Below the pieces are notes generated by a model. It had not been told where the DNA came from. It did not search any database and saw only the letters and a program-made list of their open reading frames with translations. This document shows positions 1 through 12,288 of a stretch of DNA of 64,000 nucleotides, piece by piece (the first letter of the stretch is position 1; each line of letters starts with the position of its first letter). Source of the stretch: Schizochytrium sp. TIO01 (taxonomy: Eukaryota > Protista > Bigyra: Labyrinthulomycetes); the NCBI GenBank assembly GCA_004764695.1, contig SMSO01000035.1, positions 2,728,001-2,792,000 on the forward strand. Reading direction: 5' to 3'. The translations under genes and the position numbers were made by a program.

Positions 1-342
1 GTTGGTTGGTTTGAAGCATCCAAGTCTATCAAAGCAGAGTCTAAACCAGAAAGGACAATCGCAGGAAATAGCACGCCCAGGCATGGCCAAGAAAGGTTTT
101 CACAGGCATAGATAATTCATTTAGATTGTTATCGAATGAAAATACGTTGAAGGGAGGAAGCAGGGACAGAGGCCATCGGTCGTCCGCCCGTCAGAAAGGA
201 GGAGAAAAAGAAAGAAACAGAGACGAAAGAAGAACAGAGAGCGGAGGCTCTTTTCTTTGCTTCTCTTGATTGAGATGAGATGAGTGCACCTGAGGATTCC
301 TGCTGAGACGATTTCATGAAATGTAATGCAATGCAATGCAAT

Positions 343-440
343 TCAACTCAACTCAACTCAACTCAACTCAACTCAACTCAACTCAACTCAACTCAACTCA
401 ACTCAACTCAACTCAACTCAACTCAACTCAACTCAACTCA
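343..440. repeat. (TCAAC)n pentanucleotide microsatellite, about 19 copies
   Basis: Perfect tandem AACTC units, preceded by a short (AATGC)n run. Confidence 0.97.
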
Positions 441-908
441 GCTAATAATGAAGTGACCGCACATGACAATCTTTCTTTGCTTGCCTGCGAACGGGGGACT
501 TGCTTGCTTGAAGAAGAGCTCGAGAGAGTGAGTTCTTTGGGAGGATGATGCGGTTGGTAATTGCATAGAATAAACGTGATCGTGGTAGTGGGTCTGGCTA
601 GTACTTTGAGTTTTCAGGTATTTTCAAAGCGTACCAAAGGGAGGAAACTAACTTCTGGGTACCTAGAGCTAAACTCTATGGGTCCTCGTTCTCTTTTAGC
701 TTGGCGCCTCTTTACTTTTACCTTATCTTCAGCAGCAACTCTACGCACACAAGTACTACAGAATACTACTCTCTTCCGCGCAAATAAAATAATATGAATA
801 TTTTTTATTTATTTATTAACTTAGGAGTAGGCTAGCTAAACTTTATTTGATTTTGTTAACTTTTGCAAAATTCATACTACTATCAAAAATGAAACGAGAA
901 CGAAAATA

Positions 909-944
909 AAAATGAAAATGAAAATGAAAATGAAAATGAAAATG
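909..944. repeat. (AAAATG)6 microsatellite
   Basis: Read directly from the sequence. Confidence 0.9.
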
Positions 945-3449
945 AAGAGGGTTTTAGATGAAAGGACAAACTATAACGTCTTATTAGCTGGAACAAGAAG
1001 AGAAAAACGATGGACACAGGCAGGGCCTAATACGATGGTATGCTGGAAAGACACTCGAGAGGGCAATCAAGCCTGGGTTGAGACCCTTCGCTTCCAGAGC
1101 CCGGGCGGTATCGTGACAAGACTGTGCCGGTGTTTCAGAAGAAGAAGACATCGGCCTTGACCGTCACCGGCCAGCCAGCCAGCCCTGAGCGAGCGAGCAC
1201 CACCCGTAAGTAAGCACACGGTCGACCTTTCAAGTTGTCTGTCCTTCTCGTGCTGCCCCAAATGGCGCCGATTTCCATTTCCTACATCTCGGCGGAATCT
1301 CTCTCTGAACGAAGCAAATGTAAAGAACTCGTGGCGAAGAGTGAAGAACTTGAGCGAAGAGAGTTCGCAGACACGCAAACCTTGAAGCAAACGATCAATC
1401 AATCATCGATCCATCGAACAACCCATCGAACAACCACCAAACGATCGAACGAAGAATCAGCAGAATCCGAGACCTCGTTCGGGTCGCTCCTTCAAGTAAC
1501 AAGTTCTACATATTTCTGTCAACAAAACACTCTCGAAGCCTGCCTGTGAAAACACCCACCCACTCACTCACTGTCTGAGCCCAGCTGCAGCACTGGTCAG
1601 GCCTGCCTGCCTGCCTGCCTGCCTGGAGGCCCGCCTATCCAAAGAACCCTCGCTGACTGCAAAAAGGCTTCTACAAACAAACGAAGACATCTCTCCACTC
1701 CACGGCCGTTCTCTGCAGAAACAATCAAACAAACTAAAATCAATCAATCAATCAATCTATTCCCTCTCTTTTGTTTCTTTGTTTGTTTGTTTCTTAGATA
1801 TTTCTTTCTCCGTTCTCTTTCTTGCTGTGTTCTGCCTGCCTGTTCTCTCGTGCTCTGTTCTCATCCCCTCAGTCACGGCAGCAGTGCCGAAGGGGCGGCC
1901 GCGTTCTTTTCTGCCGACGGCCCTGGAACGCGCTGTGCTATGCTACGCTATGCCATGGTCTGTCCAGGCTTGGCGGAGCGAGGCTGGAGCAAAGGCTGAA
2001 GCGCGCATGTCCGTCTGAGAGAGATGCTGCGTGGCCACCGGCGAAAGGACAGCGGCAGTGCAAGGTGCTGCCGACGGAAGACGGAGGAGGGAACCTTGGA
2101 CATACGCCGAAAACAGGGCGGGTGAGCGAGCGAGTGCCTGGCTGCGAAGCGTCGTTCGAGCTTCGACGACAGAGCGAACCACAACGAGCGAACAGTGTTG
2201 TGCTATTCATTCATAGATTGATTGATTGATTTATTGATTTCTTTAACTCATTCGTTCTTTCGTTTATTTATTTATTCATTCATTCATTTGTTCATTTGTT
2301 CATTTATCTATAGATCACTGAGTCGCCCCGGCAAAATAAACGAGACGCTGTTCTTAATTTATTGTTATTGTTAAAGTTTGGTATTTAGTTAGATAGTTGG
2401 TCTTCTTTCCCTTTGGGTGTTGGCTATTGTTCTTTTTGTCAGGAACCAGTTTTCGATGGGCGAAGAAGAGAAGAATCAGAGTGTTCTTTGTTGCTCGTGG
2501 TTGAATAGGTTTTTGTTTAGTTCTTCTTTTCTTTTTTTTTACTTATTGACTTGGTTGCTTGTGAAACGTAGCCACTGTTCTTTTGAATAACACCATGCCT
2601 CTTAGGCGAGAGAAACCAAACTATAAAAGTAAAAAGGTCACGACGGGAATGAAACGTGTTGTGTTCCATGTCCTTTTTGTGATAGTGAATGTTAATACCT
2701 ATTTTCCAATTACTTTTAAATGGCGAGGGGATGCGTTTTATTATTGTTCTCGCTTTCTATTGACTCTTACTTTTCAAATTGAATGGGTTTTTCTAACAAT
2801 TTTTTCTTTTCTTTTCTTTTTTAACCTACTGATTGCCTGACGGAGAAAAGAACACGAAGATGGCGTGTCTACTGTTCTCCTTATTTTTCTTATAATTGTT
2901 TTTCTTTCGAAGACATCGTTCTTCTTTGGGTTTGGGGAAGTTTTCAAATGAATGACGCCTTTTCGCATAGTTCGAAGAGACGCGACACAGACGCGGCAAA
3001 GCAGCAATGAAATATGTTTCAAGACATGTGATTTGATTTACTTTATGTTCAAACAAATAATCATCATAATCATTACATTTTAAAATGTCAGCGAACTAAA
3101 CTAAACTAAAACTAAAGCAGCGGAAAGAATTGGATAGAGAGCGGCAATCCGTGCAGATTGAACACGCAAAGACTCCATCACAATCAGCGACCGATGCGCA
3201 TGCACGATGGCCAGGGCCACCACGAGCCGCCGATACCCGATGGGCAGAGGCCGCACAGCACGACGCCGCCAGCAATTACGCGAGCAACCGCAGCGGAACG
3301 CAGGCCTGGCTGGCAGGTTTTCGCGAATCTTCAAGAGCGAGATGGATGAATGTCACATGCATCATCATACGTGCCATACATAGGCGCATTCATGAGTAAT
3401 AACAGATCGGCGTCGATGATGACGGAGGAAAACGTCTGTTCTTCTGTGA

Positions 3450-3520
3450 TTGTTTGTTTGTTTGTTTGTTTTTTTGTTTGTTTGTTTGTTTGTTTGTTTG
3501 TTTGTTTGTTTGTTTGTTTG
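3450..3520. repeat. (TTTG)n microsatellite
   Basis: Read directly; one interruption. Confidence 0.9.
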
Positions 3521-4409
3521 TTGTTAAGTGATGCAATTGTTGTTGTTCTTGTTGTCGATGATGATGATGATGGTCCGTGGAGAGAACGTCAGTCTGTCTG
3601 TTCATGGGCAGTTCAAAGGGCGATTTCATTCTTTCGTTTGTTGGTTTGTTTGTTTGATGATTGTTTGTGATCGTCCTTTTGCGCAAAAGCAGTGCACAGG
3701 GCTGCGCGTTCTCTTCTGGCCGACTGGCTGTTCTTGAATGAGATGACCCGTTCACTTTTCCCGTCGTTCTTCTCCGTGGACGTAGTAGTAGGTACTAGGT
3801 GATAACTAGTACGAGCATTCGCGTTTTCTTTGTTGCTTTTAAAATGAAATGTGTTTACTTTCTTTCATCTCCATTTTCAAAAATGAACGACCTCGGGGCC
3901 CTTTGAAAGAGTAACTTTTACCTGATTACCCAAATAATAACTTTTACAATTTTTAGTTTTTATGTTTGCTTTATTTCCACGTAGAACAAACTCATTTTAT
4001 TTTGTTTAATTCGAAATTAAAATGAAGAGCAGCAGTGGAACAGCAAAAGTGAAGGTAGCATTCAAACAAAGGGAGTGGGAAAGGAAAGTGCGAAAAGTGA
4101 AACTCAAGAAGCAAAAAGAAAACCACAGCCTGTTCCTTCTGCCTTATTATCATCGATGCTGGTGTAGTGGTTTTCGAAAGTGTTATCAGTCTCTGACAAT
4201 CAGCTTCTTTCAAAAGTGAGGTGAGTGTTTCTTTCCGCCAATGGGCGCCGAACAATTACAGCAGCCAATAATAATAATTATAATTATAATTATATGGCCT
4301 TGAAAATAAACAGGCTCAGAAAACTTGTTGAAAGGGGATCGAAGACCACTTTTCTTTCAACGAAACAACGAAGGGCCAATTACTCTCGAAAGAAAGGAGG
4401 AAGGAAACA

Positions 4410-4555
<146 letters not shown>

Positions 4556-4989
4556 ACGACCAGGCCAGCAGCAAGAGAACGAAGAATTGTGGCAACAAGC
4601 GACGAAGTGACATCGAAAAGTGCCTCGCTCGCTTGCTGCTTACGAGCGTACGAGCTTACGAGGTGCCTATCACATGCCTGCTCAGTCAGAAGAGCAAAAG
4701 GCACACCGTTCACCCGGCTCTCGCTCGCGTCGGCGGTGTGGCAACGGAGCTGAGCGGCAGCAAAACCCAATCGTCGCTGCAGCCGCGCATTTGCATCTCA
4801 GCTCTCTCTCTCTCTCTCTCTCTCTCTCATTCTTTCTCTCATTCTTTCTCTCTCGCGCGAAGTCTTTCTTTCTTTCATTAGTCGTTCTTCGACCATTTCT
4901 TTCCTTCTCTTTCGGAAAAAGGAAGTCTGAAAGAAAGAAGAAGAAGAAGAAGAAGCGGCTTCCAAAACCTGTTTTGAATTCTCTTTTCT

Positions 4990-5088
<99 letters not shown>
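4990..5088. repeat. (CTTT)n polypyrimidine microsatellite
   Basis: About 100 bp of CTTT units; reverse complement of the 4410-4555 tract. Confidence 0.97.
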
Positions 5089-5778
5089 GATTATTCGATT
5101 GTTTGAATATTTGTTTGTTTGTTTGTTTGTTTGGGCGGAAAGAATATTTCAAATAAGTTTCATAAAAGTAGTAAATAATAATCGATTGAGCGATCGAACG
5201 AGGAGGCCAGAACCCCAAACGAGAATCACGCCGCGACGGAGCCCGGTCTCCAAAGTCGCAGCGACGCTCTCGCGCAAGCCCTACGGCACAGGAAAGAGGA
5301 CCAGACCACCCGCACGCCGAGGGAGGCGCAGCGGGCCGCGAGCAGAGCCCTGACAGACCAGCGACTGTGCAGTCGTTCTCGCCTGTCTTGCAACAAGCAA
5401 AGAGGACATTTATCACATCCTCGCTTCTTCTTCTTCAGCCCAAACCGCTAGCCAGGCAGCCAGGCAGGCAAACCAGCAAGCGGGCAGGCCGACCGGCACG
5501 CCAGGCAGCCGCGAGCAGGCGGCATAACACCGCCCGCGCGCGACATCGAGGAGGCAGCAGCAGCAGCTCCTCCGCGGGGGCACCCGAGTGGGTGCGCAGG
5601 AGAGCTCTTGCTTGTTCGCTCCTCCGGTGGCGGTGTTCTCTGTTTCGTTCTGCTGTTCTCTTCTCGCTCGCATCCTAAAAGTAGAACGCGAGCAGAGAGA
5701 GAACACTGACTGAGCGAATCAGACCAGAAAAGGAAAACAAAACCATAACTCGAAAGGGCCCTTGCTCCCTTAGTCACT

Positions 5779-5895
5779 TACATACATAGAGATATATATA
5801 CATATACATACATACATACACACATACTTAGGTACATACATAGGTACGCACGTACATATTATATACACATTCATAGGTACGTACATAAATACATA
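5779..5895. repeat. Degenerate (TACA)n/(TA)n microsatellite containing TAGGTAC units
   Basis: Read directly from the sequence. Confidence 0.8.
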
Positions 5896-6931
5896 CGCGC
5901 ATCAGCGAAGGGGCCGCTCTTAGGAGAACACCCTCTGCACGAAGCGGGCGACTCGCTCGAAGGAGCACTGTGGCTAGCTAGAGCTATGAGAACATCCATT
6001 TCCATCTGCTGCGACCTGGCGGACGTGGAGGCGAGGACGAGAAAGAATAGGAAATAGAAATAGCAGGGAGGATAGGAAGAAACAGGGCGTTCCTTAGGAG
6101 ACAGAGGCCGTTCGTACCGGTCGCAAGTGACCCCGGGGACCCCGTTCTCTCCGCTTTCATTTCCGGTTTCTGTCATTTCGCGAGGTGTGTTCTTTTCCCC
6201 CCTCGGTATTTCTTTCTCTCTCTCGCTATCTATAATATATAAGTAGAGGGAGGAAGTGTTTATCGATCGGGAGTTTAGGTAATAAGTGGTGGAATAGTGC
6301 TTTTTAGTTAACAGATAGTTAGCTAATCGCCGATTGCGTAGTCCTCACTTATTCATTTACTGGGGTCGGGCAGGAAGAAAGGAAGAAAGCAAGGGCACAC
6401 TTGGTGCTTGATTTGGTTGTTTGCATGTTTACTGACTTCTATCATCTGTTTGTTTGTTTGTTTGGCTTTATTAATTCATGGTGTATTTGTTAACATTTGT
6501 GTGTGTGTTGTGATTGAACGAATGATTGATTGATGCTTATAGGAGGATCGATTAGGTCTAGAGGACCTGGCTGTGTCACCGCTGTTGGTGGTGTTCTTCC
6601 CATCTGCTTCCTTCCTTCCTTCCTTCCTTCCTCCTTCCCTCCGAGTCTCGGGTGGGTTTCTTCTCATTCGTTTGTGGAGGAGCTCTGAAGAAGGAACTGC
6701 TCAGAGGAGAAAGAACAAACTAACACGCAGAGCAGGAGACGAGCAAATCAGCAACTCGGTGATCTCGAGCGACAGATCCATCGGTGGTGGATCGTTGCTG
6801 GAGACCTAGAGATAATAATCTATAAATTATCTCATACACATTCGCACGGGCTAGGAGACTTTGTGGGAACGACTTGCGATAGGGTTGTCATCAAACTCGC
6901 AGGGAGACAGACACAGCACAGACAATAATAG

Positions 6932-9682
6932 ATGCTCCTGCAAAACACCCCAATTTCAGCCCCGCTTGCTACAGAAGCGGCGAGAGCGTGTCATGCAGAG
7001 CTGGCCGGTGCGGCCTCCTTTCATCAGCACTTTCAAGATCAGCGCAATAGAAGCAGCGCTGGCAAGCGGCAAAGACCAAGCATGGAGACTGCGTGCCCAA
7101 TGGCATGCTGCACGGGAAGCAGCAATGCCGCCATGGTTGAGCGGGTCAGTGGAGGATTTGACGAACTCGCATTCGCAGCACGATCATCAGGGACCAACAA
7201 ACGCCCACGACGACAATCCGTATTGTGCCCGCATCAGCTGCAACACCAGACCATCACGCCGCACAATGTCCCGTACCAGCTTCAGCAAACACAGCAAAAT
7301 GATAGTCCTTCATCGTATTACCCACGCTGCTGCAACACAAGCACCGGGGGCATGATGGTCAACCACATGGGAACCGTCAACAACAATACAGACACCACCA
7401 GCGACGCATGCACCCAGGGCAGATCCTCATCTGGCTCTTCCTCTTCTTCGTCATCTTCAACTGCTTTTAACAACGCGGCTGCCGCGGCTGCTGCGGCTGC
7501 AATGGCCGCAGCTGCAGCTGCCAGATTTGGTACCGAGATCAATAGCGCAGCCCGGGGACATTGCCAGACATCTTCTTTGACAAAACCTCGCCAAGAAGAC
7601 AGCACCGAGAAACAGGAACACCAGGCTGTTCATACTGTTGATGCTAACAGATACTCAAACTCCCTGGACCAAATTGTCCCAGCGCCCTTTCCCCTTGGAC
7701 AGGCCTCTTCCTCCTCCTCCTCCTCCTCTTCTTCTTCTTCTTCTTCTTCTTCTTCGTACCAGGGCCCAGCACCCATCGCTGTACCACCAACCTGTGGAGG
7801 ATTCCAAGGCATCCCCGTCACGTGGACCCCGGCAACAGCGGCGGCAGCATTGGCAGCATCCTCATCGTGCTCGCCAAACCAGCATTTCCAACAGCAGCAA
7901 CACTATGCACAGATTCAAAGCCACCGCGACGGAATTCACCCAAGCATGATGCCGTGGGATCTCGCGGCATTGCGCCTTCGCACCACAATCAATGCTCGTG
8001 ACGCAAGTCTGCAAATGGCGTGTGCGAGAGTGAATGCATCTGTGCCTGGACTTTCCTGCACGCACCTTTACAACGTGGAAAGAAACATGTTTCTCCTGTG
8101 GATTGCCATCGACATGAAATGCCTCTTTGGCATGGAGCTCATTGAATTGCAGCGTCTTGCGCTCAAATCGTCCCACAGCACCGACACTACTGTCTGCTTT
8201 CAATTCGCATTCGCAGGCGCAGACCCTCAGCGCGAAAACATCGAGTTTCATCGCTTTGTACCACAACTTCCGCTTTCCCTTGAAGCACGGGCTCTTGAAG
8301 CCTGTGTCCCTTACGGAGCAGCTCAGCTTCCCGGTGCGCGCATTGGATGCCTCGCTGTTAACTGGCTTATCGCAGACCGTGTTCGCCACGCATTTGCAAC
8401 ATGCTCCCTTAACTCCAAACCCGAGTCTGTTGAAGAACTCCTCGTGCGACTTGGCGAAGCTGCGGGGTCGCACGTTGCCCATGCATCCCATAGATGCCTC
8501 ATGTGCGGCAAAGACCTTGGCGTGAACCTTCCTCGCCCTAGCGTTTGCGCTGCACCGGCGTGTCTTTTCCAGTCCCGCGAGCTTGGAATGGGCTTTTCTG
8601 TGGAGGAGGAGATTCTCGTAAGACCCCGCGTTGTCGAGCTCTTGTTGACATTCTTCTCATGCTCACTCCTCAGTCGCCGCACCATTGATCTCCAGGCAAT
8701 CCCAAAACAGATCATCGAAAAGGTACCTCTTGGAACGGAGTACACAGCACCTGCCGAGACCAACTCTGATGAGCTCTCACCCAATGAGCTCACACTCTTT
8801 TACGCTCTTAGCTACGTTCCCGGCATCGAGGACCTTGCTCAACATGTTCGCATGGGCTCACTCAAGACTCATCTTGACAGCATTGACACCCGCTTATACC
8901 CTTTGCTTCAGTGGCTCATCGGAGGATGCCGTGCCTTCATTCGGGTCCTTGAACCTGAACGCCAATTCAAGGACATGCAAACACCTCATCAATTCGTCTT
9001 TGAGTGTGCTGCTGCAGAGCGTGAGGCAGCTTTCCAGAAGCACCAGAAGGCCTCTGGATCTTTTTTTGCTTTCCATGGGTCTTCTTCCTTTGCGTGGAAC
9101 TCGATCATCGCCTCGGGCCTCAAGAACCTCAGCAACACCGAAAACATGAGCTACGGTGCCATGAAGGGATCTGGCATTTACTTCTCCACGAGCTTTCATA
9201 CAAGTGTGCACTACGCCAAGCCCACCAAGCTCAAGCAACCCTGGGCTCGCAGCCGTCTTGGCCGTCACCCTCGTGCCGTCGCACTTTGCGAAATTGTTGA
9301 CCGCCCGTCAGATTTCTCCTACACGGAGCAAAAATGCTTTACAGAGTGCACCCCTCAGGAACGCACGCAAGGCCAGCTCCATGTTGTGCCTAACGAGGAG
9401 TTCGTACATACCCGCTACCTCTTTGTATACAACGAGATTGTACCGCCGCCTGCGCCCACTCACCACATCTTTGCTCTTCGCGCTTCAGAACTCGAAAAGC
9501 TCCCGGAGATGCAGCGACAATCTCAGCAACAACAACAACAACAGCAAACGCAAACCCCTGCAGCAGCAGCAGGAGCACCACAACAACAACAACAACTGCT
9601 ACTACTACATCATCTTCTGAGAACCAAACATCGGATGCTGCCACTACTCCGGCTAGTGCGGAGCCCCAACAACAAAATATGA
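6932..9682 (+). CDS. PARP6/PARP8-like mono-ADP-ribosyltransferase with long low-complexity (poly-S/A/Q) N-terminus; true C-terminus probably continues in the -1 frame
   Basis: Cys motif CLMCGKDLGVNLPRPSVCAAPACLFQSRELG, then LYPLLQWLI, QTPHQF, FAFHGS..WNSII.SGLKNLSNT, GAMKGSGIYFS, ALCEIV and LHVVPNEEFVHTRYLFVY. These match PARP6/8 motifs in order. Confidence 0.88.
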   Translation: MLLQNTPISAPLATEAARACHAELAGAASFHQHFQDQRNRSSAGKRQRPSMETACPMACCTGSSNAAMVERVSGGFDELAFAARSSGTNKRPRRQSVLCPHQLQHQTITPHNVPYQLQQTQQNDSPSSYYPRCCNTSTGGMMVNHMGTVNNNTDTTSDACTQGRSSSGSSSSSSSSTAFNNAAAAAAAAAMAAAAAARFGTEINSAARGHCQTSSLTKPRQEDSTEKQEHQAVHTVDANRYSNSLDQIVPAPFPLGQASSSSSSSSSSSSSSSSSYQGPAPIAVPPTCGGFQGIPVTWTPATAAAALAASSSCSPNQHFQQQQHYAQIQSHRDGIHPSMMPWDLAALRLRTTINARDASLQMACARVNASVPGLSCTHLYNVERNMFLLWIAIDMKCLFGMELIELQRLALKSSHSTDTTVCFQFAFAGADPQRENIEFHRFVPQLPLSLEARALEACVPYGAAQLPGARIGCLAVNWLIADRVRHAFATCSLNSKPESVEELLVRLGEAAGSHVAHASHRCLMCGKDLGVNLPRPSVCAAPACLFQSRELGMGFSVEEEILVRPRVVELLLTFFSCSLLSRRTIDLQAIPKQIIEKVPLGTEYTAPAETNSDELSPNELTLFYALSYVPGIEDLAQHVRMGSLKTHLDSIDTRLYPLLQWLIGGCRAFIRVLEPERQFKDMQTPHQFVFECAAAEREAAFQKHQKASGSFFAFHGSSSFAWNSIIASGLKNLSNTENMSYGAMKGSGIYFSTSFHTSVHYAKPTKLKQPWARSRLGRHPRAVALCEIVDRPSDFSYTEQKCFTECTPQERTQGQLHVVPNEEFVHTRYLFVYNEIVPPPAPTHHIFALRASELEKLPEMQRQSQQQQQQQQTQTPAAAAGAPQQQQQLLLLHHLLRTKHRMLPLLRLVRSPNNKI

Positions 9683-10176
9683 GCCAGATGCACACCCAGG
9701 ACAAGACTTCCACCGAAAGTGCACCTGCCCAGCAACAGCAGTCATCCGAACAGCAACAAACTCAAACCAAACAACAGCAACACCGCCCGCATTCTGCGAG
9801 CCGTCTTCGCCAACACCGTGGTCTGGTCCGGCCGGACCGCCCGCTGACCACATTTTTGCGCCACAAATCTAGTAAACGTCGTTTTCATGAGAGCGACAAC
9901 GCAACGCCGGCAATGTCTAGATCTAAGCGCTGCAAGACGGTATATGAAAGTAACATTGAACTTGACTCAAAGACTTTGATTCAAGGAGATCGCTTTTGTG
10001 TACCGCAGCAGTTCTTTTCCCACCCCGATGGCCCGCAATGCCTGACTAGCAGGGATTGCAGCCCTTTATCTATTGTTAGACTTCGCACAGCATGCCTTGC
10101 AGCTCGTGAGGCGCGGGAACGCGAACTTGCTTTGCTTAACCGCCGTCGTGAACTCGAGCTGAAGCTTGCCGTGTAA
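9679..10176 (+). CDS. Q-rich ORF, probably the frameshifted C-terminal tail of the PARP6/8-like gene
   Basis: This frame is open from 9394 to 10176. It has the same QQQ..TQT composition as the end of the upstream ORF. Its ATG overlaps the upstream TGA (ATGA). Confidence 0.55.
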   Translation: MSQMHTQDKTSTESAPAQQQQSSEQQQTQTKQQQHRPHSASRLRQHRGLVRPDRPLTTFLRHKSSKRRFHESDNATPAMSRSKRCKTVYESNIELDSKTLIQGDRFCVPQQFFSHPDGPQCLTSRDCSPLSIVRLRTACLAAREARERELALLNRRRELELKLAV

Positions 10177-11331
10177 AGCTTTCTCCATTTTCACCATTTT
10201 GTGTTTTACAAACCAAATCTTCATTTTTTAATCGCATCTTCCAATTCTTCAACGTCACATTCTTGATCCCAAGCAATTGCTTGAGAGGATTAAATGGCCC
10301 TTTGCCCTCCCGTGTTCTATTTCAAAGCGTGATTAGCGTTGGCCTGTGTACCCACTAATTCCGTGGCACATTAATCCTACATCAGCAAGCAAGTAAGCGT
10401 CCAAAACCCGAAATATGAATGCCTTGACTCTCCAGGAGTTTAAGCATTCGTGTGAAGGCAGAGCAATCAAGGTACAAGTAGTATGTCAATATCAAACTCT
10501 TGATTTGTCAAAATTAAAAATAGAAACAACCTCATTTCCACACGTGGGGGGCTTTTATCTGAAAGATCTCCAAAGTAAGGGCGGTCACTATCTCACAGAG
10601 TAAGTCTTGTTGTCAATTACATAAAAGGATCACTGCAAAGCACCATATCTTGATTCCATGCTAAATTAATCTATTATTTATATCGTCAAAGGCAGAGAGA
10701 GTCTAAGCCAGAGCGCCACACTCAACCTAACAGAGCCCTCTCCTGCGGAATGCATATGATCAATATGCGTGCTCGAAGAAGGAAAGGGGGAGACATGTTG
10801 GGAGGAAGAATATTTGCGATTACCATCACTCATTGGAGTTGTGCTTGATAAAGTTTGATCTCTCCTATAGATAAACGATTACGTTGGTGTGGTCGTAGTG
10901 CAGCATTTATTCCTTTCTTTGCAGCCATTGCTATAATTAAAGAAAAAGAGAGAAAAAAGAAGCGGGGGAGGGGCACGAGGAGAAAACGTGAATGTGCAGA
11001 GTTAAAAAAGAAAACAGAGAAACTTTGGTATTGCATATGTATTCAAGAACAGCGACACACTCGAAAACCTGCATGAGAGGGTGTCCATGTTCGTTGCAAA
11101 AAAAATGCGCTTCAACGCTTTGGAAGTTTCTGATGATATTTTGGCTAGTGATGCAACCTGGCTTCTGAGAAGTAAATCGGGTGTATCTTTTCTACCGCGA
11201 ATAAGCGCAGATCTCCGAAAATGGAGCCAAGAAAGATGAGGCCCGGCATAGCAGACAGAGAAACCTTTCGAACGCCACAATGGCAACATTAGAAGTTGAC
11301 AGGTGCTTTATTATCAGACAAAATATACACT

Positions 11332-12288
11332 CTACAAAAAGTAGTCTACATCCTTGCTTGGAGCAGAGCGCACAGACTCGGGAGCCTGCGTGAAGGTATC
11401 ATAGCGGTAATCCTTCTCACCAAGCTGCAAGATAGCGGCCTTATTGCCACAACGATAGCAGTAGTTTGGCGCAGACCAAACAGTGACAAGCTTGCGATCA
11501 AAGATCTCCTTGTATCCCTCCATGACGAGCTGGTGTGAACGGCAGATCAAATCGATGTTATTGGTGTGGTTGAACTTGGCGACCACGTTGGCACCAAAGA
11601 CGTAACCGGCGCCGCGTTGCGAAAGACCCCATCCGTCAACATCCTCATCCGGGTCAGACCAAAGGAGATCACACACCGGACCCTCATGAGGCACTTCGGC
11701 ATCATATTTGAGCGCCTTGATCTCGTCCAAAGTTTGCAAGGCCGGGCTAAGACCGGCATGAACTGCTAGTACACGTGTGTTTGGACCTGTAACCAAAGCA
11801 GCCACTGGAAGCAAATCAAAAACCTGCGTCACGATTTTCCAAACGAGGGGAGACCCATATTTTCTGACACACTCATCGTAAAAACCATAGACCTGGGTAA
11901 TCTGACGAGTCTCATGATTACCACGCAAGAGCGTCACATTATCAGGGCAGCGCACCTTGAGGCTAAGAAGCAGAAGAATTGTCTCCACACTGTAGTGTCC
12001 GCGATCCACATAGTCACCAAGGAAGAGGTAATTGGTCTCCGGAGCTGGCCCACCAACTCGGAGCATCTCGAGAAAGTCATATAACTGGCCATGGATATCT
12101 CCAACAACTGTGACCGGACACTCAATCTCCACAAAGGACGAGGTCTTACGACTGAGAATCTGTTTTGCTTGATTACACAGTGCTTCAATACTGCGAATGC
12201 TCGGCAGGTTCTCTGTCTTGGTCGCCTGCAGAGCTCCCTCCTCATCAAGCAGCTGGGCCACCCACTTGTCCATTTCTGCATCACCCAT
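11332..12288 (-). CDS. PPP4C: PPP-family Ser/Thr phosphatase catalytic subunit, PP4-like (PP2A/PP4/PP6 subfamily)
   Basis: GDIHGQ, GDYVDRG, RGNHE, WSDP, VWSAPNYCYRCGN and C-terminal DYFL. The family is clear; PP4 versus PP6 is less certain. Confidence 0.9.
   Translation of the reverse strand: MGDAEMDKWVAQLLDEEGALQATKTENLPSIRSIEALCNQAKQILSRKTSSFVEIECPVTVVGDIHGQLYDFLEMLRVGGPAPETNYLFLGDYVDRGHYSVETILLLLSLKVRCPDNVTLLRGNHETRQITQVYGFYDECVRKYGSPLVWKIVTQVFDLLPVAALVTGPNTRVLAVHAGLSPALQTLDEIKALKYDAEVPHEGPVCDLLWSDPDEDVDGWGLSQRGAGYVFGANVVAKFNHTNNIDLICRSHQLVMEGYKEIFDRKLVTVWSAPNYCYRCGNKAAILQLGEKDYRYDTFTQAPESVRSAPSKDVDYFL

Noticed and set aside
336-548. ORF of NSTQL repeats, or a possible telomere/CRISPR-like array
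   Set aside because: It is a translation of the (AACTC)n microsatellite. There are no spacers and it is not a recognisable telomere unit.
9680-10475. Selenocysteine readthrough of the PARP TGA using the hairpin at about 10419-10474
   Set aside because: The hairpin lacks the SECIS UGA/GA quartet on its 3' side, and the readthrough peptide is short and implausible.
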